IMG/VR virus record: IMGVR_UViG_3300042401_001747
DNA: 64,000 bases
From: a virus
Reading direction: 5' to 3' (one strand)
Made by a program: the position numbers and the translations under genes. Position 1 is the stretch's first letter, and every line of letters starts with the position of its first letter. This document shows positions 20,640-29,664 of this stretch, in pieces. The notes beneath the pieces were generated by a model that saw only the letters and a list, made by a program, of their open reading frames with translations, ran no database searches and was not told the origin of the DNA.

Positions 20640-20957
20640 CTACTCTGATAGAGAAGCGTAGATAAGTGAGACGCTGACGAACGAGTGTCCGTCGTTGCTC
20701 CTACGTCTCACGAACGAGAGCATCTGCCACATGCTCGGTACATGCATGAACACTGAATCAAGAGACCACCCATACATGTCAAAGTCACATGGCTCCATAG
20801 GTTCAGGGGCGAATGAGATAACCCTCACTGACGGCGTACGCTCCCACAACCAGCGAACACGACATTCAGAGCCGACCAGTATCAGGTCTCTGTGAAACAG
20901 TGCATGACGGACATAGGACATCAAGACAGAGAAATAGATACCGATAGTCGTCCACAT
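20640..20957 (-). CDS. Hypothetical protein
   Basis: Starts 1 nt after one A-box and its stop lies inside the next. Confidence 0.55.
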   Translation of the reverse strand: MWTTIGIYFSVLMSYVRHALFHRDLILVGSECRVRWLWERTPSVRVISFAPEPMEPCDFDMYGWSLDSVFMHVPSMWQMLSFVRRRSNDGHSFVSVSLIYASLSE

Positions 20958-20960
20958 GAG

Positions 20961-21206
20961 TTATCTACTCTGACTCATGGCAGGTTTCCGTCTGTCCTCT
21001 ACGGACATTGACGCAACCTTCATCACGAGAAGCGAAAGGGTTTCCAGTAACTTACGCTCGGACACATCGTGTTCCAAAGCGACCCAGTTTGCAATGTCCT
21101 CGTACTCGCCCCAAATGATTTGCAGCGCCTCTGTGGCAGTAGTGGCGAGAGTGTAATAGTTCTCCCAAATCAACTCTGCTAACTCTTCCTGAAAAATCAC
21201 TTCCAC
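20961..21206 (-). CDS. Hypothetical protein
   Basis: GAGGAG RBS; ends ...SR* encoded by an A-box. Confidence 0.6.
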   Translation of the reverse strand: MEVIFQEELAELIWENYYTLATTATEALQIIWGEYEDIANWVALEHDVSERKLLETLSLLVMKVASMSVEDRRKPAMSQSR

Positions 21207-21343
21207 GGTCTCTCCTCAATACAATCCTCGCAAATCCAAGCACGATGATACTCGTGCCAAGTGTAGTTGGATTCAGGGTCGTCTCTACCACAGTAGAGAC
21301 ATTCATCGGGTTCTGTTTCTGTTGCCACTTATCTACTCCCTTC

Positions 21344-21949
21344 TCACGGCAACCAGTAGGTGGGTGCGCCCTTTGAGATGTGTGTCTCAACGAACGATAC
21401 TGCCCATTCCCACACCGTGTCACGATGACCGTAGAGACCAGCGTCAATGGCACGAGATGTGCGATTGTCAAAATCCACGATGGTGGTGGTGTCTTTCTTA
21501 CTCAGAACCTGAGCAACATCTTTCTCTGTCAAAGCGTCCTGCTTATCCACGATTGCTACTACTGCGTCAGACGAGTGCTTGACATCTGTCATCTCTGCTC
21601 GTAATGAGAGGTACGAGTTGCGAACCACTGCTACACGGAATGGCACTTGGTCAAAGTAGGTGGACTTGCCACCGAGTAGACCTGCGTCAATAACCACGAA
21701 ATCGTAGCCCGTGATGTCCTGATTGCTCACCTTGTCAAACGGTGTGCCAATAATGGTGATACCACCGTATGTCTGTTCCTTTGATGACGGAACACTTAGT
21801 CCGAGAATCAACATGTCATCGTTGTTCACTGATGTGTCAATGAGCAACACTTTCTCAGGATTGGTCTTTCCCAATGCCAATGCGATTGAGCAGGCTGTGG
21901 TGCTTGTGCCGACCCCACCCTTTCGTGCGCTTACTTCTATTACTTTCAT
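21344..21949 (-). CDS. ParA/MinD-like P-loop protein with deviant Walker A
   Basis: SARKGGVGTST, VLLID, YDFVVIDAG; has its own cassette promoter. Confidence 0.7.
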   Translation of the reverse strand: MKVIEVSARKGGVGTSTTACSIALALGKTNPEKVLLIDTSVNNDDMLILGLSVPSSKEQTYGGITIIGTPFDKVSNQDITGYDFVVIDAGLLGGKSTYFDQVPFRVAVVRNSYLSLRAEMTDVKHSSDAVVAIVDKQDALTEKDVAQVLSKKDTTTIVDFDNRTSRAIDAGLYGHRDTVWEWAVSFVETHISKGAPTYWLP

Positions 21950-22280
21950 GAGATACCCCTTTCAGGTACGGCAGGTAGTTGCCAACAACAATGTACCACG
22001 ATGAGTACAGACTTCCAAAGAGTTATCTACTCTCATTCTTTCGCCCCACAGAGAGACTGCTCTGTTCCTTGACTTATCTCTCGCCACCCCCGTTGTTTGC
22101 TTTCGCACCCTTCGAGTGAAAAGCCCCGCTTCGCTGTGTTCCTGCCGGGGCTATCTGCCAAGAGCGCGCGCATGGGGGAGTGAGAGATAACTCGCAGATT
22201 TGTGAGAAACACGGCGAGATGAAAAGTTATCTACTCCGAGTGAAGGCTTGCGAGACGGTGGCAAGAGAGTAGATAAGTGA

Positions 22281-22312
22281 AAGTCCCCGTCAGGGGGGAC
22301 TGACGGGGACTT
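22281..22312 (-). terminator. Intrinsic terminator-like hairpin
   Basis: AAGTCCCCGTCAG-loop-CTGACGGGGACTT, a perfect 13-bp stem downstream of 22340-22810. Confidence 0.65.
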
Positions 22313-22339
22313 CCGATTGGGGGGACTGTGGGCTGTGCG

Positions 22340-22810
22340 CTAGTTGCTCTTTTTTGCGCCTGTCATCACGAACTGCTGGATTGCGTCAGCGAGTGAACCA
22401 CTTGCTTTTCCTTCGTCTGTGATTACATCATCAGGCTCATCAGCGAAACGCAAGACGCTGGCAACGCTCTGACGGTTGGCGATACAAGCAAGACGAACAC
22501 GGCGACGCTCGGCGTGTTGTGACGGTGGCTGGTCAATGTTTCCATTGGCGTTGAGTGGCGCAGCCCAACCTGTCGTAACAACAAGTGTCCAAGCGTAGTT
22601 GCTTGCCACCAATGCGTTGTAGTCATTGTCAAGCAGGTCATACACATCAGCATGAGACTCAATGAACATGAGTTTCGGTGTGCCTTCGGCTGTGTAATCC
22701 ACACCGTAAAGGTGTGCGCCTTCCATGACGAACGGTGTTGCGTCATCTCCCTTTGAGAGTAGAGAGTGAAACTCTGCCTCTATCTGCTCTGCTATTTCTA
22801 CTGTGTCCAT
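22340..22810 (-). CDS. Hypothetical protein
   Basis: Cassette promoter at 22848-22876; GAAAGGG RBS. Confidence 0.7.
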   Translation of the reverse strand: MDTVEIAEQIEAEFHSLLSKGDDATPFVMEGAHLYGVDYTAEGTPKLMFIESHADVYDLLDNDYNALVASNYAWTLVVTTGWAAPLNANGNIDQPPSQHAERRRVRLACIANRQSVASVLRFADEPDDVITDEGKASGSLADAIQQFVMTGAKKSN

Positions 22811-23155
22811 TGGATACCCTTTCGGTTGGTGTTGGTGGAACATGGTCAGCGTACCACACCTAGGACAGACTTGCGAAAGTTATCTACTCTGACTGCCTTG
22901 GGGTTATCTACTCTGTTCTTCCACCACCGTCATTGTGTTGTGGCATGGTGACGAACTCGCCGTTCGTGCCGTGACCCGTGACCGTTGCGCAGATTTATCT
23001 CTCACCCCCCCGTCGCCCCTGCTTTGCCCTTTCGGGCAATAGCCCCGGGCGGACCCGAGCGTAGCGGGGCTGTTCCCCGAACTACGGCACGGCAGAAAGT
23101 TATCTACTCTGCTTGCTCTGTCGGGAGTGAACAGAGTAGATAACTTCTCGCCTGA

Positions 23156-23473
23156 TTAGTCAGACAGGTGGTACTGCCCACCACGCCGTTCGTATTGAGC
23201 CGTAGCCTCGGTGATGGTCTCACGGTAATCGCCCTGCTCCATGTGCCAGCCCTCTGGACGGTCTACGGCGTTCCACACTGCGAAAGGGTGAAGCGTGTTA
23301 TGTGGTAACAGACAGAGAACCACCCACACAGCGTAGGAGTCAATGTCAGACGGACGAGAGAGCCAGCAGGCAAGAATAGTGACAGGGTTACTGCCACTGC
23401 TAGGGGTGAACGAGTCACCCACTTTCAGTAGGCGCATTGGGTATGTCTCGGTAGGTGACTTATCTACTCCCAT
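23156..23473 (-). CDS. Hypothetical protein
   Basis: N-terminal MGVDK is encoded by an A-box variant. Confidence 0.6.
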   Translation of the reverse strand: MGVDKSPTETYPMRLLKVGDSFTPSSGSNPVTILACWLSRPSDIDSYAVWVVLCLLPHNTLHPFAVWNAVDRPEGWHMEQGDYRETITEATAQYERRGGQYHLSD

Positions 23474-23477
23474 GTCG

Positions 23478-23924
23478 TTACCCTTCCCCATTGAGCCATG
23501 TGTTCATTTGCTCATCTGTCATTGGTGTAACAGTAGGCGCAAAATCCATCTCGGCAATCGTCTTAGCAAGCATTGCTTGGATTACTTCGCTATTCACGAT
23601 TTCAGAAGCAAAATCGTAGAAGCGTCCTGATGTGTACGCTTTGGGTACATCGTGATTCTCTCCGTCATACTCGCCCTTCTCGTTGAGAGAGCCGATAACA
23701 ACGCAATCGCCCACAAGTGGACGCTGGAACAACATAGACGCTACGGCGTTCACAGGAAGCCCGATAAGTAGACCTTCATCGTGGACATAGCCAACGATTT
23801 CCTCGCCTCGTACGCAGTCAAACCAACCACCCACGATTTCATGAATGAGTGTGTGACCGTCCTCGGTTGGAATGTCTGTTTGGTAAAGGTTGCCCTCTGC
23901 CGTGATTACTAATGCTGTTGCCAT
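23478..23924 (-). CDS. DUF3846-like protein
   Basis: IVGGWF...YVHDEGLLIGLPVN..AS...LVGDCVVIG pattern. Confidence 0.72.
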   Translation of the reverse strand: MATALVITAEGNLYQTDIPTEDGHTLIHEIVGGWFDCVRGEEIVGYVHDEGLLIGLPVNAVASMLFQRPLVGDCVVIGSLNEKGEYDGENHDVPKAYTSGRFYDFASEIVNSEVIQAMLAKTIAEMDFAPTVTPMTDEQMNTWLNGEG

Positions 23925-24201
23925 TGCTGTACCTCTTTCGTTTGCTGATGACATGTGTAGCGTACCAGCAGGGGTACAGACTTCCACAACGTGGACTTAT
24001 CTACTCTGTTACTTCGCCACGCCACTCAAAGACCCACCGATTATTTGACTTATCTCTCACACCCCCCGTGTTTGCGCTTTGCCCACTTTGTGGGGATAGC
24101 CCCGGTGATGACCGAGCATGGCGGGGCTTTTCCCCTCGCGCACGAAACGGGAACAAAGTTATCTACTCTCACTCGCCACAACGAGAGTAGATAACTTCTG
24201 T

Positions 24202-24411
24202 TCAGTCGGAGTGTTCGTTCGTCTCCATGTCAATGGCGAAAGCATCTTCCATTTTGGCTTCTGCCAACTTGGCTTCCTGCCTACCGAATGTCTTAGCCAT
24301 TTTGCCTGCTTCCACAAGGCTCTTGGCTTCCACAGTGGTGCTTTCGTGCCACTCTGCCAAACCAATCTTTTCTTGCTTTGACAGTAGAACCATGAGTTCA
24401 TACTCTTTCAT
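24202..24411 (-). CDS. Hypothetical protein
   Basis: Cassette promoter at 24443-24471; GAAAGGGG RBS. Confidence 0.65.
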   Translation of the reverse strand: MKEYELMVLLSKQEKIGLAEWHESTTVEAKSLVEAGKMAKTFGRQEAKLAEAKMEDAFAIDMETNEHSD

Positions 24412-24536
24412 TGTTGCGCCCCTTTCACTTGGCTTCGCTGACAATGTACCACGCCTAGTACAGACTTCCGAGAGTTATCTACTCTCATTCTGCCGAACCA
24501 ATGGGGGCTTGCGCCCCCACTAGTCGTGTGAGTTGA

Positions 24537-24932
24537 TTAGGCAGTCTTAGCAGTCGGCTTGACTGCGCCCTTCGCTGGTCGTACAAGCACTCTCACAGAT
24601 GAGGTGACTGATACAACGGCTTTGATTACCTTCGTAGGCACTTTGCCTTCCTTGACTGCTCTGTCCCACGCTGGCGTATCCACGCTTGGCTTAGTGACAG
24701 TACGGAACAATGGTGCGCTGATTAGGTCACGCAACTTCTCAATGTCAAACGAACGACGGTCAGACGGACTGAGTTTGATGTTGATTTCCTCGTAGTCCAG
24801 CGTCTCAACGCCGTGCTTTGCGTACACAGCGAGCAACAACTCTCGTGCTTCGTCATGAGCCAACTCTGCTTGCTCTTTCGCAGTCAGAGAGTTCAGAAAC
24901 GCCTCTGTTGCCTTGTCTATTTCCTTGTTCAT
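24537..24932 (-). CDS. Hypothetical protein
   Basis: Cassette promoter at 24992-25020; GAAAGGG RBS. Confidence 0.68.
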   Translation of the reverse strand: MNKEIDKATEAFLNSLTAKEQAELAHDEARELLLAVYAKHGVETLDYEEINIKLSPSDRRSFDIEKLRDLISAPLFRTVTKPSVDTPAWDRAVKEGKVPTKVIKAVVSVTSSVRVLVRPAKGAVKPTAKTA

Positions 24933-25313
24933 TGGATACCCTTTCACTGGTAGATGAACGCCACACGCCGTGTTGCTTGTGGCTTGCCACAAGCATACAC
25001 CCCTTGACACAGACTTCCAACATTGCTTGACAGAAAGTTATCTACTCTCATTCCGAGGCTTCTTCCACCACCGTCAAATAGTTGTGATGATGTCAGGGCT
25101 TGCTTCTCCGTGCGCCCCCACGAGCAGAACTTATCTCTCACCCCCCCGTCGCCCCTGCTTTGTCCCCTTCGGGGAAAAGCCCCGGGGGCAACCGAGCGTA
25201 GCGGGGCTGTTCCCCCCAACAAGCAAAAAAAGAGAAGGGGAGTTATCTACTCTCAAATAGAAAGGGGTAACGAGAGTAGATAACCCCGAACAGGCTCGCC
25301 CTGCGTGGTGGTG

Positions 25314-25601
25314 CTAGGGGCGAGGCGAGGCTACTGGCAGGTGAATGGTCTGCCATGTGTCTAGTTGTGCGCCATAGATTGACACGAGCCTACTGATGAC
25401 TTCCTGAATGTCACCAGCGCAATGACGGTGAGCAATGTCCCACAGAGTGTCGGCAGTCTTTATGTCCACGACATGAGTATCACAGGAGAATGTGGGCTGT
25501 TTCGTAACTTCATTCAGTCCCCACCAGCAAGCACCCAGCAAGGCGATTACTAATGGGATAGAGACTATGAAACGGCGTAGTGCGTACTTATCTACTCTCA
25601 T
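25314..25601 (-). CDS. TM plus LysM protein (YneA/ChiZ-like architecture)
   Basis: Single TM followed by DTLWDIAHRH...IHLP, a LysM-like domain. Confidence 0.7.
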   Translation of the reverse strand: MRVDKYALRRFIVSIPLVIALLGACWWGLNEVTKQPTFSCDTHVVDIKTADTLWDIAHRHCAGDIQEVISRLVSIYGAQLDTWQTIHLPVASPRP

Positions 25602-26062
25602 GCCGTTACTGCCTTGATTGCGATTGTGTCCCAAGCGTGACGGCTTAGTGGTTCAGTCGTGAGCAAGTGTGTCGTTTCATCTCTGACGATTGTGTGAACT
25701 TCCAAATAGTCGTGATGAATAATGTACAGATAATCGCACCATGCGAACTCTGTATCGTCATTTGTAAATAACGCACTAGGGTCGTCTAGTTCCACATCTG
25801 TGTGTGCGTATCCGTAGCCCTCTATTAGTGCTTTGTCCTCATAGAGATTAGGTACGCCACTTTTTGCCATTGGTTCTATTTGTGACCATGAAGCCGTATC
25901 GGTGATAAGTGTCTTGATGACCTTATCTACTCCATCTCTTGCTACTAACTCGCCTAGTACATAGGTCATGCGCTCTGGGTAGTTGTCCCAATGCGTGTAG
26001 CGACCTTGCCACTTGTTCTCACTCTCCGAGAGTGATTGTGCCACGATACCTCGTGTTGCCAT
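25598..26062 (-). CDS. Phage hypothetical protein (YxHWDxYP motif)
   Basis: MATRG...RYTHWDNYPE; cassette promoter at 26093-26121. Confidence 0.7.
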   Translation of the reverse strand: MATRGIVAQSLSESENKWQGRYTHWDNYPERMTYVLGELVARDGVDKVIKTLITDTASWSQIEPMAKSGVPNLYEDKALIEGYGYAHTDVELDDPSALFTNDDTEFAWCDYLYIIHHDYLEVHTIVRDETTHLLTTEPLSRHAWDTIAIKAVTA

Positions 26063-26516
26063 TTGTGTCCCCTTTCATTTGTGAACACCCGAAGCGTACC
26101 ACCCCTCGTACAGACTTCCAAAAAAGTTATCTACTCTCATTAGTTCCCACCCGAAAACCCCCACAGGAGTAAAGTTATCTCTCACTCCCCCGTGTTTGTC
26201 TTTCACCCCGTTGGGGGGAAAGCCCCGCTGTGAGGGCTATCGGTAGGTGGATAAGTGACTATTTATTTGTGGGATTACGAGAAGCGATTGGCTCGGATAG
26301 AGGAACTAACTCGCGAGGCGAACAGGCTCACTACTCTTGTGCGCGAAGCCAATGACGAAACGCGAGCCATTCTTGCTAGGTCTAAGTTTGGGCTCGTTTC
26401 AGACTTATCTACTCCCAATACAAAGTAGATAAAAACAACAGAAAACGGGCTAACTCACCATTTCGCAAGTCAGCCCGTTCTGTCAGGGTGAAGCCCTCTT
26501 ACAGAGGGAAAGGGGA

Positions 26517-26960
26517 TTAGAGGTACTTCACCACGCTGTGATAGGTGCTTGTGGACACCACTTCATTGTCAGCCATTTCCAAAACGCGAATAGCGTTCTC
26601 CAATGCTTCTTTGTCTGCGCGATACTCCCACTCACGGTAAGTGTCAGGACATTTCGGCTGTTCGGTCAAAAGTGCCTTGGGAATGTTCAGGGTTAGTTCC
26701 ACTACTGCTGTTTTGTCATCTTGTGGTGCGTTTCCCCAACGACTGCGCTCGGTCACACTTTCAGGCTTTGCCTTGCCGTTCTTTACAGAAGCAATTACTG
26801 ACTTCATAAAGTCTGCTTGCCATTTTTCTTGTGCTTTTTTGTAATCGGCTTCTGTTTTTTCATTTTTTGTGAAGCGTTCCTCACGGACTGCTAACGCTTT
26901 TTGTAAGGCGTCAATAAGCACACTTACTTTCACCTTCACGCTGATGTTTTTGTTGGACAT
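26517..26960 (-). CDS. Hypothetical coiled-coil protein
   Basis: Cassette promoter at 27003-27031; AGGAG RBS. Confidence 0.7.
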   Translation of the reverse strand: MSNKNISVKVKVSVLIDALQKALAVREERFTKNEKTEADYKKAQEKWQADFMKSVIASVKNGKAKPESVTERSRWGNAPQDDKTAVVELTLNIPKALLTEQPKCPDTYREWEYRADKEALENAIRVLEMADNEVVSTSTYHSVVKYL

Positions 26961-27209
26961 TTTTCTCTCCTGCCAGCAGGGTTGGTATTTGCTGACCTGC
27001 GAACTGTACCAGCGTAGGTACAGACTTCCAAAAGTTATCTCTTACCCCCCCCATTTATTCCTTTCGGTTTGTAGAGATAGCCCCGGCCGTTCGCCGACAA
27101 TGCCGGGGCTTTCTACCCAAAGGCGAGCAGAGGGCGAATGGGGGAATGAGAGATAAGTCGGCTCAAAGTTTCTTTGACATTCCGACACGCAACACCCCTT
27201 GTAATAAGT

Positions 27210-27512
27210 ATGACTACCTACGGTTCACACACCCCCCTTCCATACACGACCAAACCACACCACGAGTGGACACAGCGTGACTTCTTTGATTACGAGGTGG
27301 ACTCGTATTGCCGTTGCGCCACCCGAGTTCGCTATCGCTCTCGTGAGTGGCACGAGTTCACAGAACGCTTTCTGCCGTATTGCGAGAACTGGAACGGTTG
27401 CTGGGTCGCAGAGGAAGCGTGGAATGAGTTCACGCTCTATCTCGTTCTCCCCGAGGGCGAATACATACCCGAGGAATACCCCGAGGGCTGGCACTTCCGT
27501 AGAGGACACTAG
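27210..27512 (+). CDS. Hypothetical aromatic-rich protein (opposite strand to neighbours)
   Basis: Lies between an inverted B-box unit and an inverted A-box pair. Confidence 0.55.
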   Translation: MTTYGSHTPLPYTTKPHHEWTQRDFFDYEVDSYCRCATRVRYRSREWHEFTERFLPYCENWNGCWVAEEAWNEFTLYLVLPEGEYIPEEYPEGWHFRRGH

Positions 27513-27702
27513 ACAGCGTTATCTACTCCCATTCACGCCAATGAGAGTAGATAACTTTCGGCTATTCGCTTTCGCTCTTACACAAGCCCTCAATGGCTAG
27601 GTCGTAACATTCAGCGCAGTACGCACCTTTCAGGCGTGGACTCGTGTTGATTTCGTAGTAACTGAGTTCGCACTCGCACTTCTCGCATACATCATTCATG
27701 AC

Positions 27703-27897
27703 TTATCTACTTTCTTTCTTTGCTTGTTCAGCGTTGTGCTTACGGTCACGCTCAATGCCATTCAGCACGGCGAGTATCTGCTTCTCGGATAGAACGCCTT
27801 TGCGCTCAAACTGTGATAACAGGCTCGCATAGAACTTGTTGCGAGTGTGATTTGCTCGCAAGTAGTCATACGCTCTGTCAAAGTCAGTCAGTCTCAT
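27703..27897 (-). CDS. Hypothetical protein
   Basis: FYASLLSQF..KGVLSEKQI resembles FARSLAQQF..KGTLSDKQI in 38686-39153; ends SR* in an A-box. Confidence 0.65.
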   Translation of the reverse strand: MRLTDFDRAYDYLRANHTRNKFYASLLSQFERKGVLSEKQILAVLNGIERDRKHNAEQAKKESR

Positions 27898-28220
27898 TGG
27901 TCAGCCTCGGTTTGGCTAATAATGCGAGCGTTAGGGTAACGCCAGTCAGGATTTGCGAGAGCCGATACGATTTGTCCGTTCTCAACGACATAGACAACGA
28001 GTTTGCCACCAGTAGTGCGACCCTTCGTGGCAAGTGCTTCGTCAATCGCCTTCACAGCACCATTCAGCGTGTTCGCATAACGCTCAAAGTTTCCTAAGTC
28101 AAATCGGCAGAACGCCCATGTGAACATTCGGTCATTCTCACGAGTGATTTGTACCTCACGATAGATGTAGTGAGTAATCGCCCTTCCGTTACGAATGGCT
28201 AGTGGCTTGGTGGTGGTCAT
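27894..28220 (-). CDS. Hypothetical protein
   Basis: Cassette promoter at 28249-28277; GAAAGGGG RBS. Confidence 0.68.
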   Translation of the reverse strand: MTTTKPLAIRNGRAITHYIYREVQITRENDRMFTWAFCRFDLGNFERYANTLNGAVKAIDEALATKGRTTGGKLVVYVVENGQIVSALANPDWRYPNARIISQTEADQ

Positions 28221-28494
28221 GATTTCCCCTTTCAGTTGGAACGCCCTAACTGTACCACTACTGGAACAGGCTTCCGAGAGTTATCTACTCTCATTGGGGC
28301 AAGCCTTCGCCCCATGCGCCAACCCCTTCGCAGTCGCAGTTATCTCTCACCACCCCCATTTCGCCAGCACTCGTTCCCAACGGGGCTCTGCCCCCTGCTT
28401 GCCCCCCTTTGGGGTGAAAGCCCCGGCTGGCACCGACTAACGCCCTCGCCCAGCGAGGTTGTTCTCGCATGGACAAGGGCAAGTCGGGGGTTAT

Positions 28495-29088
28495 CTAATC
28501 CTCGTAATCTGAGCGATACAGCTCGTCCTGCTCCTCTTGCGTCATGTATTCCATGCTGATGGAACGGTGACCACCTTCGCACTCCCAGCCAACTCGCACA
28601 CCGTTGCGAATGACATCTGAAACCTTCGCACCACAGTCAACGATTGCGTAGCGACTGCCTGACTCGGCTGCTCGTTCGCTCAGGCTTTCCCACCAGTAGA
28701 ACTCGCTTTCACGGTTCTCCTCGTCTGTGTATTCGGGATTAGGCACGAATGGGAAAGCTGCTTCCCAGTTGCGCTCTACGAGCCAACCACAGCGATTCGC
28801 TTCCTCACGGTCACGAGCGTTCGCTTCCAGCGCTGATTCACGCTCACGGTCACCTTCCTCAACAATCCAGCCGTAGACATCGTTACGAACCTCGTTACGA
28901 GCTTTGACTGCCTTGACTGCTTGCTTCGGTGTAAGCGCCTTGTCTCCTTCCCAGCCGAACTGCTCTACAAGCTCGTCATCTGAGTAGCACTCGGCTAGCT
29001 CGGACTCAAAGAATGTCTGTGGGTCTGTGTAAGCAGGTAGCGCTTTGATTGCCTCTACTACTGCTGTGTGGTTTGGGTGTGTGTTCAT
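28495..29088 (-). CDS. Hypothetical acidic protein
   Basis: AAGGA RBS; stop lies in a degenerate A-box. Confidence 0.65.
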   Translation of the reverse strand: MNTHPNHTAVVEAIKALPAYTDPQTFFESELAECYSDDELVEQFGWEGDKALTPKQAVKAVKARNEVRNDVYGWIVEEGDRERESALEANARDREEANRCGWLVERNWEAAFPFVPNPEYTDEENRESEFYWWESLSERAAESGSRYAIVDCGAKVSDVIRNGVRVGWECEGGHRSISMEYMTQEEQDELYRSDYED

Positions 29089-29664
29089 CGGTTCGTTCCT
29101 TTCCTTTTTGTTCCGATTTTTATTTCTTGTTCTTTGGCTTTGATTTGCCACGCTTATTCCAATGACCTGCGCCACCTACGAATGAAGTAGGTGGTCTACG
29201 GTTTTTGTCGTGTGGTTTCATGTGTGCCTCCTTGTTTTTGGCTTTTTGATTTAGATGATACCAATCGTGGTACAGACTGTGATTCTTGCTTCTAAAACCC
29301 TTTGCCAGTAACAAGTGGCGTTTAGCAACTCGTTAGTTGCGTTACAAACACAAACACGGCTTATCTACTCTCATTGCCTGCTTTTTTGCTCCCAGCTCCC
29401 AGCTCCCAGCGAGTTATCTCTTACCCCCCCGACTGTGACAAGTCCAGCGCAAAGAATGGAGCCCCGCTTCGCTTGGGAAACGCCGGGGCTTTCGCCCAAA
29501 GGCGTGACGGCGGACATGGGGGAATGAGAGATAAGTTTGATTGCGCGTTTATGGGTCTCGGCGTGGTGGCACATGAACAATGAGAGTAGATAACTTTCAC
29601 GCGTGGTGGCGCGTTGTTCTACCCTGCCAGCGTTGCGCCAACAGAGTAGATAACTTTCACGCGC

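Noticed and set aside
29583-29663. Mini-CRISPR array (21-bp repeat, 39-bp spacer, 60-bp period)
   Set aside because: Only two copies; the repeat is an A-box plus 8 bp, is not palindromic, and there are no cas genes in the window. The other A-boxes are irregularly spaced and in both orientations.
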